NCBI GenBank assembly: GCA_039831155.1
Contig: JBDONT010000026.1
Span: 35,892-99,891, forward strand
Reading direction: 5' to 3'
DNA from: Nautiliaceae bacterium
GTDB taxonomy: Bacteria; Campylobacterota; Campylobacteria; Campylobacterales; Nautiliaceae
DNA: 64,000 nt
The position numbers and the translations under genes are program-made. Of this stretch, positions 10,042-19,798 are shown piece after piece. The stretch's first letter is position 1. Each line of letters opens with the position of its first letter. The notes under the pieces were generated by a model. The model ran no database searches and was not told where the DNA came from. It saw nothing but the letters and a program-made list of their open reading frames with translations.

Positions 10042-10247
10042 TTTAAAACCCTTGATAAAACATAAAAAACGACACTTAAAAAAACACTAATAACAATTGA
10101 CGACGTAACGGGAAAATAAAAAGTAAAATTCTCCTTTTTAATTACGATATCTCCCGGCAGATTAAAAAGTGGAAAATCTTTAAAAAAATACATCAAAAGC
10201 CCTATGATAATAAAAATAACTCCTATAAAAATAAAAATTTTCGCCAT
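10038..10247 (-). CDS. DUF2905 small membrane protein
   Basis: 'LPGDI.IK.ENFTFYFPVTSSIVIS'. Confidence 0.85.
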   Translation of the reverse strand: MAKIFIFIGVIFIIIGLLMYFFKDFPLFNLPGDIVIKKENFTFYFPVTSSIVISVFLSVVFYVLSRVLK

Positions 10248-10265
10248 TTCAAGCCTTTTTTATTA

Positions 10266-10287
10266 ATTATATCAAATTAGCTATAAT
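10266..10287. promoter_or_regulatory. Back-to-back sigma70-type -10 elements for the DUF2905-thpR operon (-) and leuC (+)
   Basis: attatatca at 10266-10274 (TGATATAAT on -) and TATAAT at 10282-10287 (+). Confidence 0.55.
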
Positions 10288-10307
10288 TTCATTAAAAAAG
10301 GACTACT

Positions 10308-11585
10308 ATGCCTATGACTATTACTGAAAAAATTTTCGCAGAACATATAGGACGCGAAGTTAAACCGGGTGAAATTATTTTATGTGATGTTGATATGACT
10401 ATCGGTAACGACATTACAACTCCTATTTCAATTAGAGCATTTGAAGAGAGCGGAGCCGAAAAACTTGCAAAACCGGACAATTTTGCAATAGTTCTAGACC
10501 ACTTCATCCCTCCAAAAGACATAGCTTCGGCAAACCAAGCGAAAATAAACAGAGAATTCGCATATAAACATAATCTAAAAAACTTCTTTGACGAAAAAGA
10601 TATGGGAATTGAACATAGACTGCTTCCGGAAAAAGGACTTGTAATCCCGGGAGATGTTATTATAGGAGCCGACAGCCACACTTGTACTCATGGGGCACTT
10701 GGTGCTTTTTCTACGGGTATGGGAAGTACGGATATCGCATTTTGTATGATTACGGGGAAAAGCTGGTTTAAAATTCCTGAGAGTATCAAAGTGGTATTCA
10801 AAGGTGAAATAAAAGAGCACGTTTACGGAAAAGATTTGATTTTAGAACTTATAAGAAGAATAGGTGTTGACGGGGCGTTATATAAAGCCCTTGAGTTTAC
10901 GGGTGAAGTAATTGAAAATCTACCTATGGACGACAGAATGAGTCTTTGTAATATGGCTATTGAAGCCGGAGCCAAAAACGGAATAGTAGCATACGATAAA
11001 ATCACCGAAAGCTTCCTTGAAGAAGTTAAAAAATACAACCCTTTAAGAAGCGAACCGAAAATCCACTATTCAGACCCTGATGCAAACTATTCTCAAGTAA
11101 TAGAAATAGACGTAAACGAACTAGAACCTCTTGTGGCGTATCCTTACTTACCAAGTAACGGAAAACCTATCAGCCAAGCCGTAAAAGACGATATCGAAAT
11201 AGACCAGGTTTATATAGGAAGCTGTACAAACGGAACTCTTAGCGACCTAAGAATCGCGGCTGAAATACTTAAAGGCAAAAGAGTCCATAAAAGAGTAAGA
11301 CTAATCGTAACTCCGGCAACTCAAAGAATCTACAAACAAGCCGAACACGAAGGAATTTTAGATATCTTAATCGATGCCGGTGCAGTTGTGGCAAACCCTA
11401 CATGCGGTGCTTGTCTTGGTGGATATATGGGAATTTTAGGCGATGGAGAAAGAGCAGTAGCCACTACAAACAGAAACTTCCGTGGTAGAATGGGAAGCAG
11501 AACTTCCGAAGTATACCTAAGCAATTCTGCAGTTGCCGCAGCAAGTGCAATTGCCGGTAAAATTGCAGACCCTAGGGATATTTAA
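10308..11585 (+). CDS. leuC: 3-isopropylmalate dehydratase large subunit (LeuC/HacA type)
   Basis: GADSHTCT, GSCTN, CGACLGG, TNRNF. Confidence 0.92.
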   Translation: MPMTITEKIFAEHIGREVKPGEIILCDVDMTIGNDITTPISIRAFEESGAEKLAKPDNFAIVLDHFIPPKDIASANQAKINREFAYKHNLKNFFDEKDMGIEHRLLPEKGLVIPGDVIIGADSHTCTHGALGAFSTGMGSTDIAFCMITGKSWFKIPESIKVVFKGEIKEHVYGKDLILELIRRIGVDGALYKALEFTGEVIENLPMDDRMSLCNMAIEAGAKNGIVAYDKITESFLEEVKKYNPLRSEPKIHYSDPDANYSQVIEIDVNELEPLVAYPYLPSNGKPISQAVKDDIEIDQVYIGSCTNGTLSDLRIAAEILKGKRVHKRVRLIVTPATQRIYKQAEHEGILDILIDAGAVVANPTCGACLGGYMGILGDGERAVATTNRNFRGRMGSRTSEVYLSNSAVAAASAIAGKIADPRDI

Positions 11586-11589
11586 CTTA

Positions 11590-12564
11590 ATGGACCATCT
11601 AATTCCGGAATGGGAAATACAAGAATTTATCCAACTTGTATTTCCCCATAAAAATACGGATTGGAATTGTTGCTTAGAAGAAGCTATAAACACTTTTAGC
11701 GAAATTGCATATGCAATTGCTCAATATCAAAAAGTACTTATCTGTTATGAAGATGAAAATACAATCTCTCACCTAAAACACAAAAACTTTATCTTTCGTA
11801 AAGTAAAAAACAACGATACCTGGGCAAGGGATTTTGGAGCAATAAGCATAAAAATAGACAATGAAGTCAAACTTCTTGATTTTAAATTCAACGGCTGGGG
11901 ACTTAAATTCCCAAGTAATTATGATAATCTAATCTCAAGAGAGATTTTTAATATCCATAAAAGCTACAATTTCGTACTTGAAGGTGGGAGTATCGATACA
12001 AATGGAGAAACACTCTTAACTACTACAAAGTGCCTGTTAGAACCAAACAGAAACTATCCAATGAGTAAAGAAGAGATTGAAAAGTTTTTAAAAAAAGAAC
12101 TGTTTGTAAAAGATATTATTTGGCTTGAGAATGGATTTTTAGAAGGAGACGATACAGACTCTCACATAGATACCCTTGCAAGATTTGTAAATAAAGATAC
12201 AATAGTTTACTGCACCTGTGAAGATAAAAACGATATTCACTACAATGAGCTAAAAAAAATGGAAAAAGAGCTTAAAAAAACATCTTTTAATCTAATTCCA
12301 CTGCCTTTGCCAAGCCCAAAAATATGGGACAATCATCGCCTGCCTGCAACATATGCAAACTTTTTAATTACAAACCACGCAATACTTCTTCCGATTTATG
12401 AAGATAAAAAAGACAAATACGTATATGACCTATTCAAAGAGATATTCAAAGAAAAAGATATAATCCCAATCAATGCAAACACCTTAATTAAGCAACACGG
12501 TTCCATTCATTGCATCACAAAAGAGTACTTCTTAAAACCACTATCTCAAACTCTAAAAAATTAA
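11590..12564 (+). CDS. Agmatine deiminase family protein
   Basis: PEWE, DTWARD, LEGGSI, DTDSHID, GSIHCIT; ATG at 11590. Confidence 0.9.
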   Translation: MDHLIPEWEIQEFIQLVFPHKNTDWNCCLEEAINTFSEIAYAIAQYQKVLICYEDENTISHLKHKNFIFRKVKNNDTWARDFGAISIKIDNEVKLLDFKFNGWGLKFPSNYDNLISREIFNIHKSYNFVLEGGSIDTNGETLLTTTKCLLEPNRNYPMSKEEIEKFLKKELFVKDIIWLENGFLEGDDTDSHIDTLARFVNKDTIVYCTCEDKNDIHYNELKKMEKELKKTSFNLIPLPLPSPKIWDNHRLPATYANFLITNHAILLPIYEDKKDKYVYDLFKEIFKEKDIIPINANTLIKQHGSIHCITKEYFLKPLSQTLKN

Positions 12565-13165
12565 AAGGAAATTCCTTTAAAAATTTTCTCACTTTTCCCA
12601 CTTTCGCCCTCACATTTCCACTTACCCCCGAATACTTTATATATTCAAGCAGTTTTTTAGGAGAATCAAACTCCAACCTATAATGCAACACTTCCACTTC
12701 AGCCGATAAAATTTCAGCCGAAGTCAAAATCTCTTCTTTTGAAAAAATGGGTGATTTGATTTCCAAATAGTTATGAAGAGTCTTAAAAGTATTTGAAGTA
12801 AAAAGAGTCAGTAAAAAACTCCTCTCCAACCCCTTAATCTCCCTAAATACAAAATCCAAATCCAAAGCCCACTGCAAAGCGGAAAAAGAGACAATCTGTT
12901 CAAAATCATATCTTCTTATCTTCTCAAAACACTCTTTTTTATTAAAATCGGCAAGTAAAACAGTGCAAAGATTTCTCTTTAGCATCTCTTTAGAAGCATC
13001 CATGCCTAAATAAAATTCAAACTTCTTATATTTGCAAAGCCCTTCACTCCCACACCCCAAATCCACTACCCTATTTTTTACAAACGGAAGATATCTTTTG
13101 ATTATCTCTTTTTGAATTACGTTATACTTTCCGTAAGTGTTGGCGAACTTCTCAAAACTTTCCAT
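12515..13165 (-). CDS. bioC: SAM-dependent methyltransferase, BioC-like
   Basis: 'F..Y..YNVIQ', VDLGCGS, SALQW. Confidence 0.7.
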   Translation of the reverse strand: MESFEKFANTYGKYNVIQKEIIKRYLPFVKNRVVDLGCGSEGLCKYKKFEFYLGMDASKEMLKRNLCTVLLADFNKKECFEKIRRYDFEQIVSFSALQWALDLDFVFREIKGLERSFLLTLFTSNTFKTLHNYLEIKSPIFSKEEILTSAEILSAEVEVLHYRLEFDSPKKLLEYIKYSGVSGNVRAKVGKVRKFLKEFPFNFLEFEIVVLRSTLL

Positions 13166-13235
13166 ATTTTCTCTTTTTTTGATTTTATAATATCAAAAAT
13201 TTTTACTATAATTAAAAAAAAATTAAAGGCTCATT

Positions 13236-14504
13236 ATGTTTAAGATTATATCGGCTCTTTTTATAAGCGTACTTCTTTTTGCAGACTACTACACTGCCAC
13301 AAACAGTTCTTTAAATTCAAATAAAACTTTAATCTTTACCCATAATTTCAAAATAGAAATAAACAACTCCAAAATTACCACAAACTCTAAAAAACTAAAC
13401 GCCCTAATGCTAGGAAAGACCCCTAAAACATTCGAACAAACAGACATAACAAACGAAGACGATATGCTAGAGAGTTTTGAAACTTATAACCTGGCATACG
13501 TTTTAAAAAACCGTCCTCAAGAAGAGTTTGTTTTAAAAACCCCAAAATATCTGCTTTTAATAACTCCTTCATACTCTACCGATTATATAGATGTATTCAA
13601 TACCAAAAAAGAAGCGAACGTCTATACGTACGAAGTAAAAAAGGCTCTTCTTAAAGACCACTCTTTAGCAAAAAAACAGAATTTTTCCTTAACTCTATAT
13701 ACGGACGAAAACGACAATCTTTTAGCCGTTAAATTTTCAAGAGACCTAAAAATCCTAAAACAAGTAATAACCCCGAATCTTGAAAAATTCTTAGAAGAAA
13801 AATCCAAATTAAAAACGGAAGTTGATAAATTTACCTTAGATGAAGGAAACTTATACCTCTCTTACGTATCAAAAACAAAAAACGGAGCGAAAAGATTAAA
13901 ACTCACTTATCAAAAATTTAAAAAACACTACATTAAAACTATGCTAAAAGCACCTATTTCACTATTTGACCCGGAAAACAAATCCCCTAGCATAGAAGAG
14001 GATATAGGATTTTTAAGAGAGTATAAAAACGACTTATATGAAATTAAAAAAGTTCAAATAATCGATTCCCAGATCGATACGATGTGGATAAACAAACCTT
14101 CAAGCAGCGTAGTGGTGGTAGAATATAACGGACTAAACGACAAAACAATCCTCTCAAAAGATAAAAACCAACAGTTCTACGGAATTGAGGGAGTTTTATA
14201 TCTTGTAACGTGGATGAGATTAAACAACATCCATTCAAAAATCTTTACTTTTATAAACGGATATTTGCCGTTTGACTCCACAATGAAAGAGATATCAAAA
14301 AACAGCTACGATATGGAAAAAAGCCACCATATAATCTATAAATTCACAACAGACGACAAAGGATTTATCACAAAAATTTTCTATCCTTCTTACAATATTT
14401 CCATACACTTAGAAAGCATAGATACGGATTTAACGCTTAAAAACAAAAAATACCTAAAAAAACTTATGCAGCAATTCGATATTAAATTAATTAAGGAGCA
14501 GTAG
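13236..14504 (+). CDS. Hypothetical secreted protein (envelope operon gene 1)
   Basis: Sec signal peptide (LLFA|D); no recognised family; TATAAT at 13207-13212 upstream. Confidence 0.75.
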   Translation: MFKIISALFISVLLFADYYTATNSSLNSNKTLIFTHNFKIEINNSKITTNSKKLNALMLGKTPKTFEQTDITNEDDMLESFETYNLAYVLKNRPQEEFVLKTPKYLLLITPSYSTDYIDVFNTKKEANVYTYEVKKALLKDHSLAKKQNFSLTLYTDENDNLLAVKFSRDLKILKQVITPNLEKFLEEKSKLKTEVDKFTLDEGNLYLSYVSKTKNGAKRLKLTYQKFKKHYIKTMLKAPISLFDPENKSPSIEEDIGFLREYKNDLYEIKKVQIIDSQIDTMWINKPSSSVVVVEYNGLNDKTILSKDKNQQFYGIEGVLYLVTWMRLNNIHSKIFTFINGYLPFDSTMKEISKNSYDMEKSHHIIYKFTTDDKGFITKIFYPSYNISIHLESIDTDLTLKNKKYLKKLMQQFDIKLIKEQ

Positions 14505-15535
14505 TGAAAAAATTTTTACCTCTAATAGCTTTTATGGTACTGGGATGTTCTACCGGAAATAACGCCGTAGTCTCTTCTAAAACCATACAGGCAAAACAAG
14601 AAGAAATGTTATTAGACGAAGACCAGGAAGAAGACAACCAAGAACTCTATTTTCTAGCTACCAAAAATAAAATTCTCTACTCAAAAACAAGCTACACTAC
14701 AAAAGACCAAATAGACTATTTTATAAACAATACGTTAGAAAACCTTTTTCGCCAAGCAAGACCGAGACTCCCTAAAAGACATCATCACAAACTAAATATA
14801 GCTATCTACGTAGACGCTTCTTCTTACAAAAACGAAATAACAGACGCCGTGCAAGCTTTTATCTTAAAACACAAAAGATTTAATCTAGTCTCAATAGATT
14901 CTCAAAGTCTAAAAGCCTTAAGAAAAATCATAAACAAAGAAAAAGACTCCACCTATACGGGAGGATTTTATATAAACCCAAAACATCGTTCAGACATAGT
15001 AATTTTCATAAAAGCCTCAAAAGATAAAAACAACCTTTATATAAAAGCAAAACTCATCTCAAAAAACGCTTCTATACTAGGGAGTATAAAAGAGAAAATA
15101 AACCTCAATAAATCCCTAAAATGGGCTCAAGTAAAAGTACCTAGAAACACGGGAGGGTTTGAGAATTTTGAAATTATGATAAAACCGGTTTCAAAAAAAG
15201 AGTTTTACGGATTTGGAGACGACACGCCCGTTACAAACGTAACGTTCCAAAAAGCAAGTGCTTACTGTATGAAAATAAATGCCCAACTTTCACAACCTTA
15301 TGTATTCGAATATGCCAGAAGATCCCACGTAATACAAAAACCTCTAAACGTTTCTCAAGAAATGATAGCTCCTTACGATGATGAAGACCAGGATATTTAT
15401 TATCAAGAGGGGGATAAATTAGAAAGCGAGGACGGAACTATTATCGTATTTGACTGGAATAAAGAAAAATACTATTCGGTATCAAACCTATACACCTCTT
15501 CTAATACCACATTCAGATGTATAAAGGTTAAATAA
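14504..15535 (+). CDS. Lipoprotein: LpoB/CsgG-like alpha/beta domain plus degenerate FGE-sulfatase-like domain
   Basis: Lipobox VLGC; C-terminal 'FEIMIKPVS..EF...PVTNVTF..AS.YC...TFRC'. Confidence 0.6.
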   Translation: MKKFLPLIAFMVLGCSTGNNAVVSSKTIQAKQEEMLLDEDQEEDNQELYFLATKNKILYSKTSYTTKDQIDYFINNTLENLFRQARPRLPKRHHHKLNIAIYVDASSYKNEITDAVQAFILKHKRFNLVSIDSQSLKALRKIINKEKDSTYTGGFYINPKHRSDIVIFIKASKDKNNLYIKAKLISKNASILGSIKEKINLNKSLKWAQVKVPRNTGGFENFEIMIKPVSKKEFYGFGDDTPVTNVTFQKASAYCMKINAQLSQPYVFEYARRSHVIQKPLNVSQEMIAPYDDEDQDIYYQEGDKLESEDGTIIVFDWNKEKYYSVSNLYTSSNTTFRCIKVK

Positions 15536-16365
15536 TGAAAAAACTATTATTTATGCTTCTTGCCACGTTTTTAACGGCAAAAACAAACATCTCCCTGGCA
15601 AAAACCCTACTTCAGTTCCAAGGGGATGAATATAATATGTTATTGGCACCAAAAGAAATAGTAGTAGTAGGAAGAAAAAGAAAAACAAAAAAAGCAATCA
15701 ACAAAGGCTATAAAAGAGCTATCAGCGAACTTAAACGACAGATAAGGCTAAGGGATATAGACTTTCATCTTAAAGTCTTTACGCCAAAAGGCTCCGACTT
15801 ACCTCAATACAGAACCCAAGATATTCAGGCTTACAAAATTTTAAAAGAGATGTTAAAACAGCAAATAGCCATAAGACAACAACTCTTTCAAGATACTGAA
15901 ATTAAAAAACCCAAAAAAGTATCTGCAAAAGATATAGGACTTGACGATATAGGGGATGACGCTTTTGATATAAGCGACGATAAAGTAAAAATCAAAAAAC
16001 AAATCCTAAGCCCGGCAGAAGCTTTTATAGGAGCCTATACCGAACTTAGCGAACTTTATAATCAAGAAGTTACCAAATTAAGCGATGTTTTACACCCTTT
16101 TAACATAAACGGAAAACCGGTATTCAAACACGTTCATTCGGTTTTCGGTATGGCGTTTTTCCCGACAAAAGTCGCCGGAAGCATACATATGATAAAAATC
16201 TATATCGTATTATGCAATATAAACACCGAATCGGATAAAAGCGTCCAAATTATCGCTAAAGAGATTCCTCCTTTTGAGTGGGACAGAAACTATCTATACA
16301 TCAATGCGGCAACCGGAAAAGTTTTAAGACAGATTATTTCCGGAGTGCTTGGAGAAAATTTTTAA
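15535..16365 (+). CDS. Hypothetical secreted protein (envelope operon gene 3)
   Basis: Signal peptide; TAATG coupling to the previous gene; no recognised family. Confidence 0.7.
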   Translation: MKKLLFMLLATFLTAKTNISLAKTLLQFQGDEYNMLLAPKEIVVVGRKRKTKKAINKGYKRAISELKRQIRLRDIDFHLKVFTPKGSDLPQYRTQDIQAYKILKEMLKQQIAIRQQLFQDTEIKKPKKVSAKDIGLDDIGDDAFDISDDKVKIKKQILSPAEAFIGAYTELSELYNQEVTKLSDVLHPFNINGKPVFKHVHSVFGMAFFPTKVAGSIHMIKIYIVLCNINTESDKSVQIIAKEIPPFEWDRNYLYINAATGKVLRQIISGVLGENF

Positions 16366-16374
16366 AGGAAAAGT

Positions 16375-17937
16375 ATGAAAAAGCTTATTTTACTGTTTAG
16401 TGCCATATTTTTTATAGGATGCGGAAGTAATCAGTTAAGCCCTCACAGCCTAAAAAAAGAGTTAAAAAAAGAACATAAAGAGTATTCCCACTGGTTTTTG
16501 GACCAAAGTGAAAGAGTGCCTTTAAAAATAATTGTTTTAGGATACGTAGACCCGGAAGTTAAACACACAAAAGAGTATACAAGATATATCAATCTCTTTA
16601 AACAAATCAAAAAAAAACCGACTATTTTAAACAAAATCACAAACAGCAATTTTACCGATAAATTCTGGCCTATAAAAGTCGTAAATTTCGACTCAAAAGA
16701 AATTTATCTTCAAAAATTCGTAGCGGTTTATAAAAACAGATTCAAAGATAAAGAAGTTTTAAACGACATTTTAAGACCGGATGTGGAAAAACCTTCTGCA
16801 GAAATTTTGATAAGACTTAATTATCAAGACTTAAAAAAAGGCAAATTAACGCTTGAAGGATACAAAACAATAAAAACCCCCAATTACGCAAGAAACTCCT
16901 TTTACTATTACCTTATAAAACCAAACTACTCTTTGCTGACACCTCTTAAACAAAAAGAGGCTATTATAAATTCCGTTTCGGCAGTACTTAAACTCTCTAT
17001 CCCTCAATATGTCTCACTGGACCTAAAAAACCTTATAAAAACCCACCCCGTTATGAAAATATTTACGAAAAAAAACGAAAATTTCGTTTTTAAAGGCTAC
17101 ATCAAAAAACACATCATCTGGAACGAAATCACCCCAAAACAGCTTTTATACACAAAGCCTCTTCCTTATGAGGATTTAAAAACCCTTTATGAGACTAAAT
17201 ATATACCTTTTGAAAAAGAGAGTGATTTAAGCTTAAAAGAAATAAACGAACTGACAAAAGTTTTAAACACCTCTTTAATAGACCCTCTTATTCTATACGG
17301 ATACAACGACACCGACACCCTAAACCTTCCTAGCAAAAAATACAACGACTTTTTAATAATCTATCCTAAAAAAACATACGATTTAGACGAAATTTACTTT
17401 ACTTCAAACAACCAGCTGCAACAAAACGGATATAAACTAATCTACAAAAACAGCAAATTCATTCAACAAGACTTGGATACTAAATTCGGATTTAAAGTAG
17501 TTAATTATATTTTATCCTTTAAAGACCCTTCAAAAGCCAAACTAAATAACGTTTACGTGCAAATAAAAGATTCCAAAGTTACAAGATTGAGTGCTACAAA
17601 AATACCTTACATTGCAATAAAATTCGACCTAACACACTATCAAAAAGATACGTTTTTATACAGTTACCATAACTATCACTATTTATACAAAGAAAAATTC
17701 GGTGGGTGTACCAGAATACTATTTTTATTCAAAGCATCATACGACCCTATATGTTACTCTCAATTCTCAACGGGAGTGGGTATAGGACTTGGATTTATGG
17801 ATTTACTGTTTTGGACTATTACGTACGGAATAGGAGCAGGGACGTATTTTGTAAGCTATGATAAAGACACGATGATAAAAGCCATCAAAAACAGTGGCTT
17901 TAGAGATTTGGAAATATTTAAAACGGAGTTAAAATGA
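16375..17937 (+). CDS. Hypothetical lipoprotein, paralogue of 22282..25110
   Basis: Lipobox FIGC; shared motifs with 22282 ORF; C-terminal Gly-rich hydrophobic segment. Confidence 0.75.
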   Translation: MKKLILLFSAIFFIGCGSNQLSPHSLKKELKKEHKEYSHWFLDQSERVPLKIIVLGYVDPEVKHTKEYTRYINLFKQIKKKPTILNKITNSNFTDKFWPIKVVNFDSKEIYLQKFVAVYKNRFKDKEVLNDILRPDVEKPSAEILIRLNYQDLKKGKLTLEGYKTIKTPNYARNSFYYYLIKPNYSLLTPLKQKEAIINSVSAVLKLSIPQYVSLDLKNLIKTHPVMKIFTKKNENFVFKGYIKKHIIWNEITPKQLLYTKPLPYEDLKTLYETKYIPFEKESDLSLKEINELTKVLNTSLIDPLILYGYNDTDTLNLPSKKYNDFLIIYPKKTYDLDEIYFTSNNQLQQNGYKLIYKNSKFIQQDLDTKFGFKVVNYILSFKDPSKAKLNNVYVQIKDSKVTRLSATKIPYIAIKFDLTHYQKDTFLYSYHNYHYLYKEKFGGCTRILFLFKASYDPICYSQFSTGVGIGLGFMDLLFWTITYGIGAGTYFVSYDKDTMIKAIKNSGFRDLEIFKTELK

Positions 17938-18533
17938 AAAGATTTTTAATATTTCTAGGAGCTGTTTTTATTATAGGATGTTCTAAATCCCCTCAACAAA
18001 CAAAAATAAACCTACTTAACGTCCTGGATGAAAATACATCCGTAAAAGATTCAAGCGAACTCTATTTTCACGACACAAAAGGCAAAAAATTCTACTCTCA
18101 TACAAAACCATCCTTAAAACAAGGGTGGGTAAGTATCACTCTCTATACAAAAAAAGGAAAAAAAAGATTTGAAATTATGAAATCTCCCGTAAGCTTAAAA
18201 GACTTTAAAATATCAAATTCAAGCTCCCCCGTAACAAACATATCTTTTAAAACAATGGCTAAATACTGTATGAATAAAAACGCAACTTTGGCTACTATTT
18301 TCGTGTTCGAAAAAGCCAGAAAAAAACACCTCCTCTCAAAACCTCCCGTAAAATACGAAATTTTAGCCCCGGTGGATGAAGAAGATGACGATATTTACAT
18401 AAACCAAAAAGACAAAGTAATAAACAAAGACAACACCGTTATAAGGTTTGATTGGCAAAAAGAGATATATGAAGAGGTACCGATTATTTTTAAATCTAAA
18501 AACACAACTTTTAGATGTATGAGGGAAAAATGA
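17934..18533 (+). CDS. Lipoprotein with degenerate FGE-sulfatase-like domain
   Basis: Lipobox IIGC; 'FEIMKSPVS...PVTNISF...YC...NTTFRC', paralogous to the C-terminus of 14504 ORF. Confidence 0.65.
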   Translation: MKRFLIFLGAVFIIGCSKSPQQTKINLLNVLDENTSVKDSSELYFHDTKGKKFYSHTKPSLKQGWVSITLYTKKGKKRFEIMKSPVSLKDFKISNSSSPVTNISFKTMAKYCMNKNATLATIFVFEKARKKHLLSKPPVKYEILAPVDEEDDDIYINQKDKVINKDNTVIRFDWQKEIYEEVPIIFKSKNTTFRCMREK

Positions 18534-19798
18534 GAAAAATTATTTTAATTTTTCTGTTTTCAAGCCTTTTTGCACTACCTCCCTGGACACAAGGAGTGGA
18601 TAAAAAAGACGGAGTTTATTTTGTAGGAGTTTCCAAGTGGTACCCTCTAAACGACACTTTTACCAAAAAAACAGCCCTAAAAGACGCCCTAAGCGATGCT
18701 TACTCCCAAATAGCCGGTTATTTCGGAATTAAAGTCACATCCTCAACCGATATTCAAAAATACCTAACAAATAAAGGAATTTCAAGAAATATCAAAAAAG
18801 AAGTAAAAACAAAAACATCCCTTTTTATTTTTAACATAAAACCCATAAAAAGATATACCGAAGAAAAAGAGGATTATTACAGAATCTGGGTGCTGGTAAA
18901 ACTTGATAAAAATACCGAACGTCAGATAAAAGAAAATCTAAAAAAAGACAAACAAAAACTAAACCTCTTAAAAACACAAATAAACAAAGCCATAAACAAC
19001 CAAAACTTATTTCTAGCCCAAAATCTCCTAATAAAAGCAAAAAGCCTTCAAAGTGCCGTGTTTGACGATGAACTGCCTCTTTTGGAAAAAAGAATCAAAA
19101 CACTAAAAGAAAACCTAATAATCCCTACTATCTCTTTAGATAAAACTCTTTATAAACCGAACGAAGAGATAAAAATAAAAGCCTCCCTAAACCGTCCAGG
19201 GTATTTATATCTTTTTTACGACAACAAAGACTCGATTGAAATGTTCTTACCGAACGAATTTCAAAACAACTACATTCAAAACAGACTCATAACCTTCCCA
19301 AACGACGACATTTCCATAATCGCTTATAAAAACTCTATAAACTACCCGAATAAAATCATAGCCTTAGGTTCTAAACACTACATAGATTTTAGCTTCTTAA
19401 GTGACGACAAAGACGGGGTTTATATCTTCTATAACAAACAAAAAGTAAAACAAAAAATAAAAGAGTGCTTAAAAAAAGGCGAATGTTTCGTAGTGGTTAA
19501 AAGGTTTAAAATAAAAAATAAAAACACAAAAATAAATATCTCAATTCAAGGACCTTTTAAAAAAGAGATTTTAGCGTTTTTAAGAAAATTTAAGATAACA
19601 TCAACCCCTAACGGCAAAAAAATAGTTATTAAAATATTCCCTAAAACCTCCTATTCAAACGAACTTCAAACATACATAAAAACCTACAAAATAGTAGCAC
19701 TTTACAACCACCGAAAAGATATAGAATTTGTAGCCGACAAAGAGGATTTGCTTTATAAAATCAAAGAGATAATTCAATGTTTCATATCCCAAAATTAA
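18530..19798 (+). CDS. Secreted LPP20-like + DUF4384-like protein
   Basis: Signal peptide; 'PPW...YFVGVS...A..DA..QIA'; 'YKPNEEIKIKAS.NRPGYLYLF...LPN'; start moved to ATG 18530. Confidence 0.6.
   Translation: MRKIILIFLFSSLFALPPWTQGVDKKDGVYFVGVSKWYPLNDTFTKKTALKDALSDAYSQIAGYFGIKVTSSTDIQKYLTNKGISRNIKKEVKTKTSLFIFNIKPIKRYTEEKEDYYRIWVLVKLDKNTERQIKENLKKDKQKLNLLKTQINKAINNQNLFLAQNLLIKAKSLQSAVFDDELPLLEKRIKTLKENLIIPTISLDKTLYKPNEEIKIKASLNRPGYLYLFYDNKDSIEMFLPNEFQNNYIQNRLITFPNDDISIIAYKNSINYPNKIIALGSKHYIDFSFLSDDKDGVYIFYNKQKVKQKIKECLKKGECFVVVKRFKIKNKNTKINISIQGPFKKEILAFLRKFKITSTPNGKKIVIKIFPKTSYSNELQTYIKTYKIVALYNHRKDIEFVADKEDLLYKIKEIIQCFISQN

Noticed and set aside
10292-11524. Antisense ORFs over leuC, and similar short shadow ORFs over gsp, pyrE, mscS, gyrB, dnaA, ruvC
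   Set aside because: Fully overlap well-supported genes on the other strand or frame and show no recognisable motifs
10308-11585. leuC without adjacent leuD as a sign of a novel pathway
   Set aside because: Split leu genes are common in this phylum; nothing nearby suggests another substrate
16609-16617. Poly-A tract as a phase-variation switch
   Set aside because: A8-A9 runs are frequent in this AT- and Lys-rich sequence, the ORF is in frame, and no long poly-G/C tracts were seen
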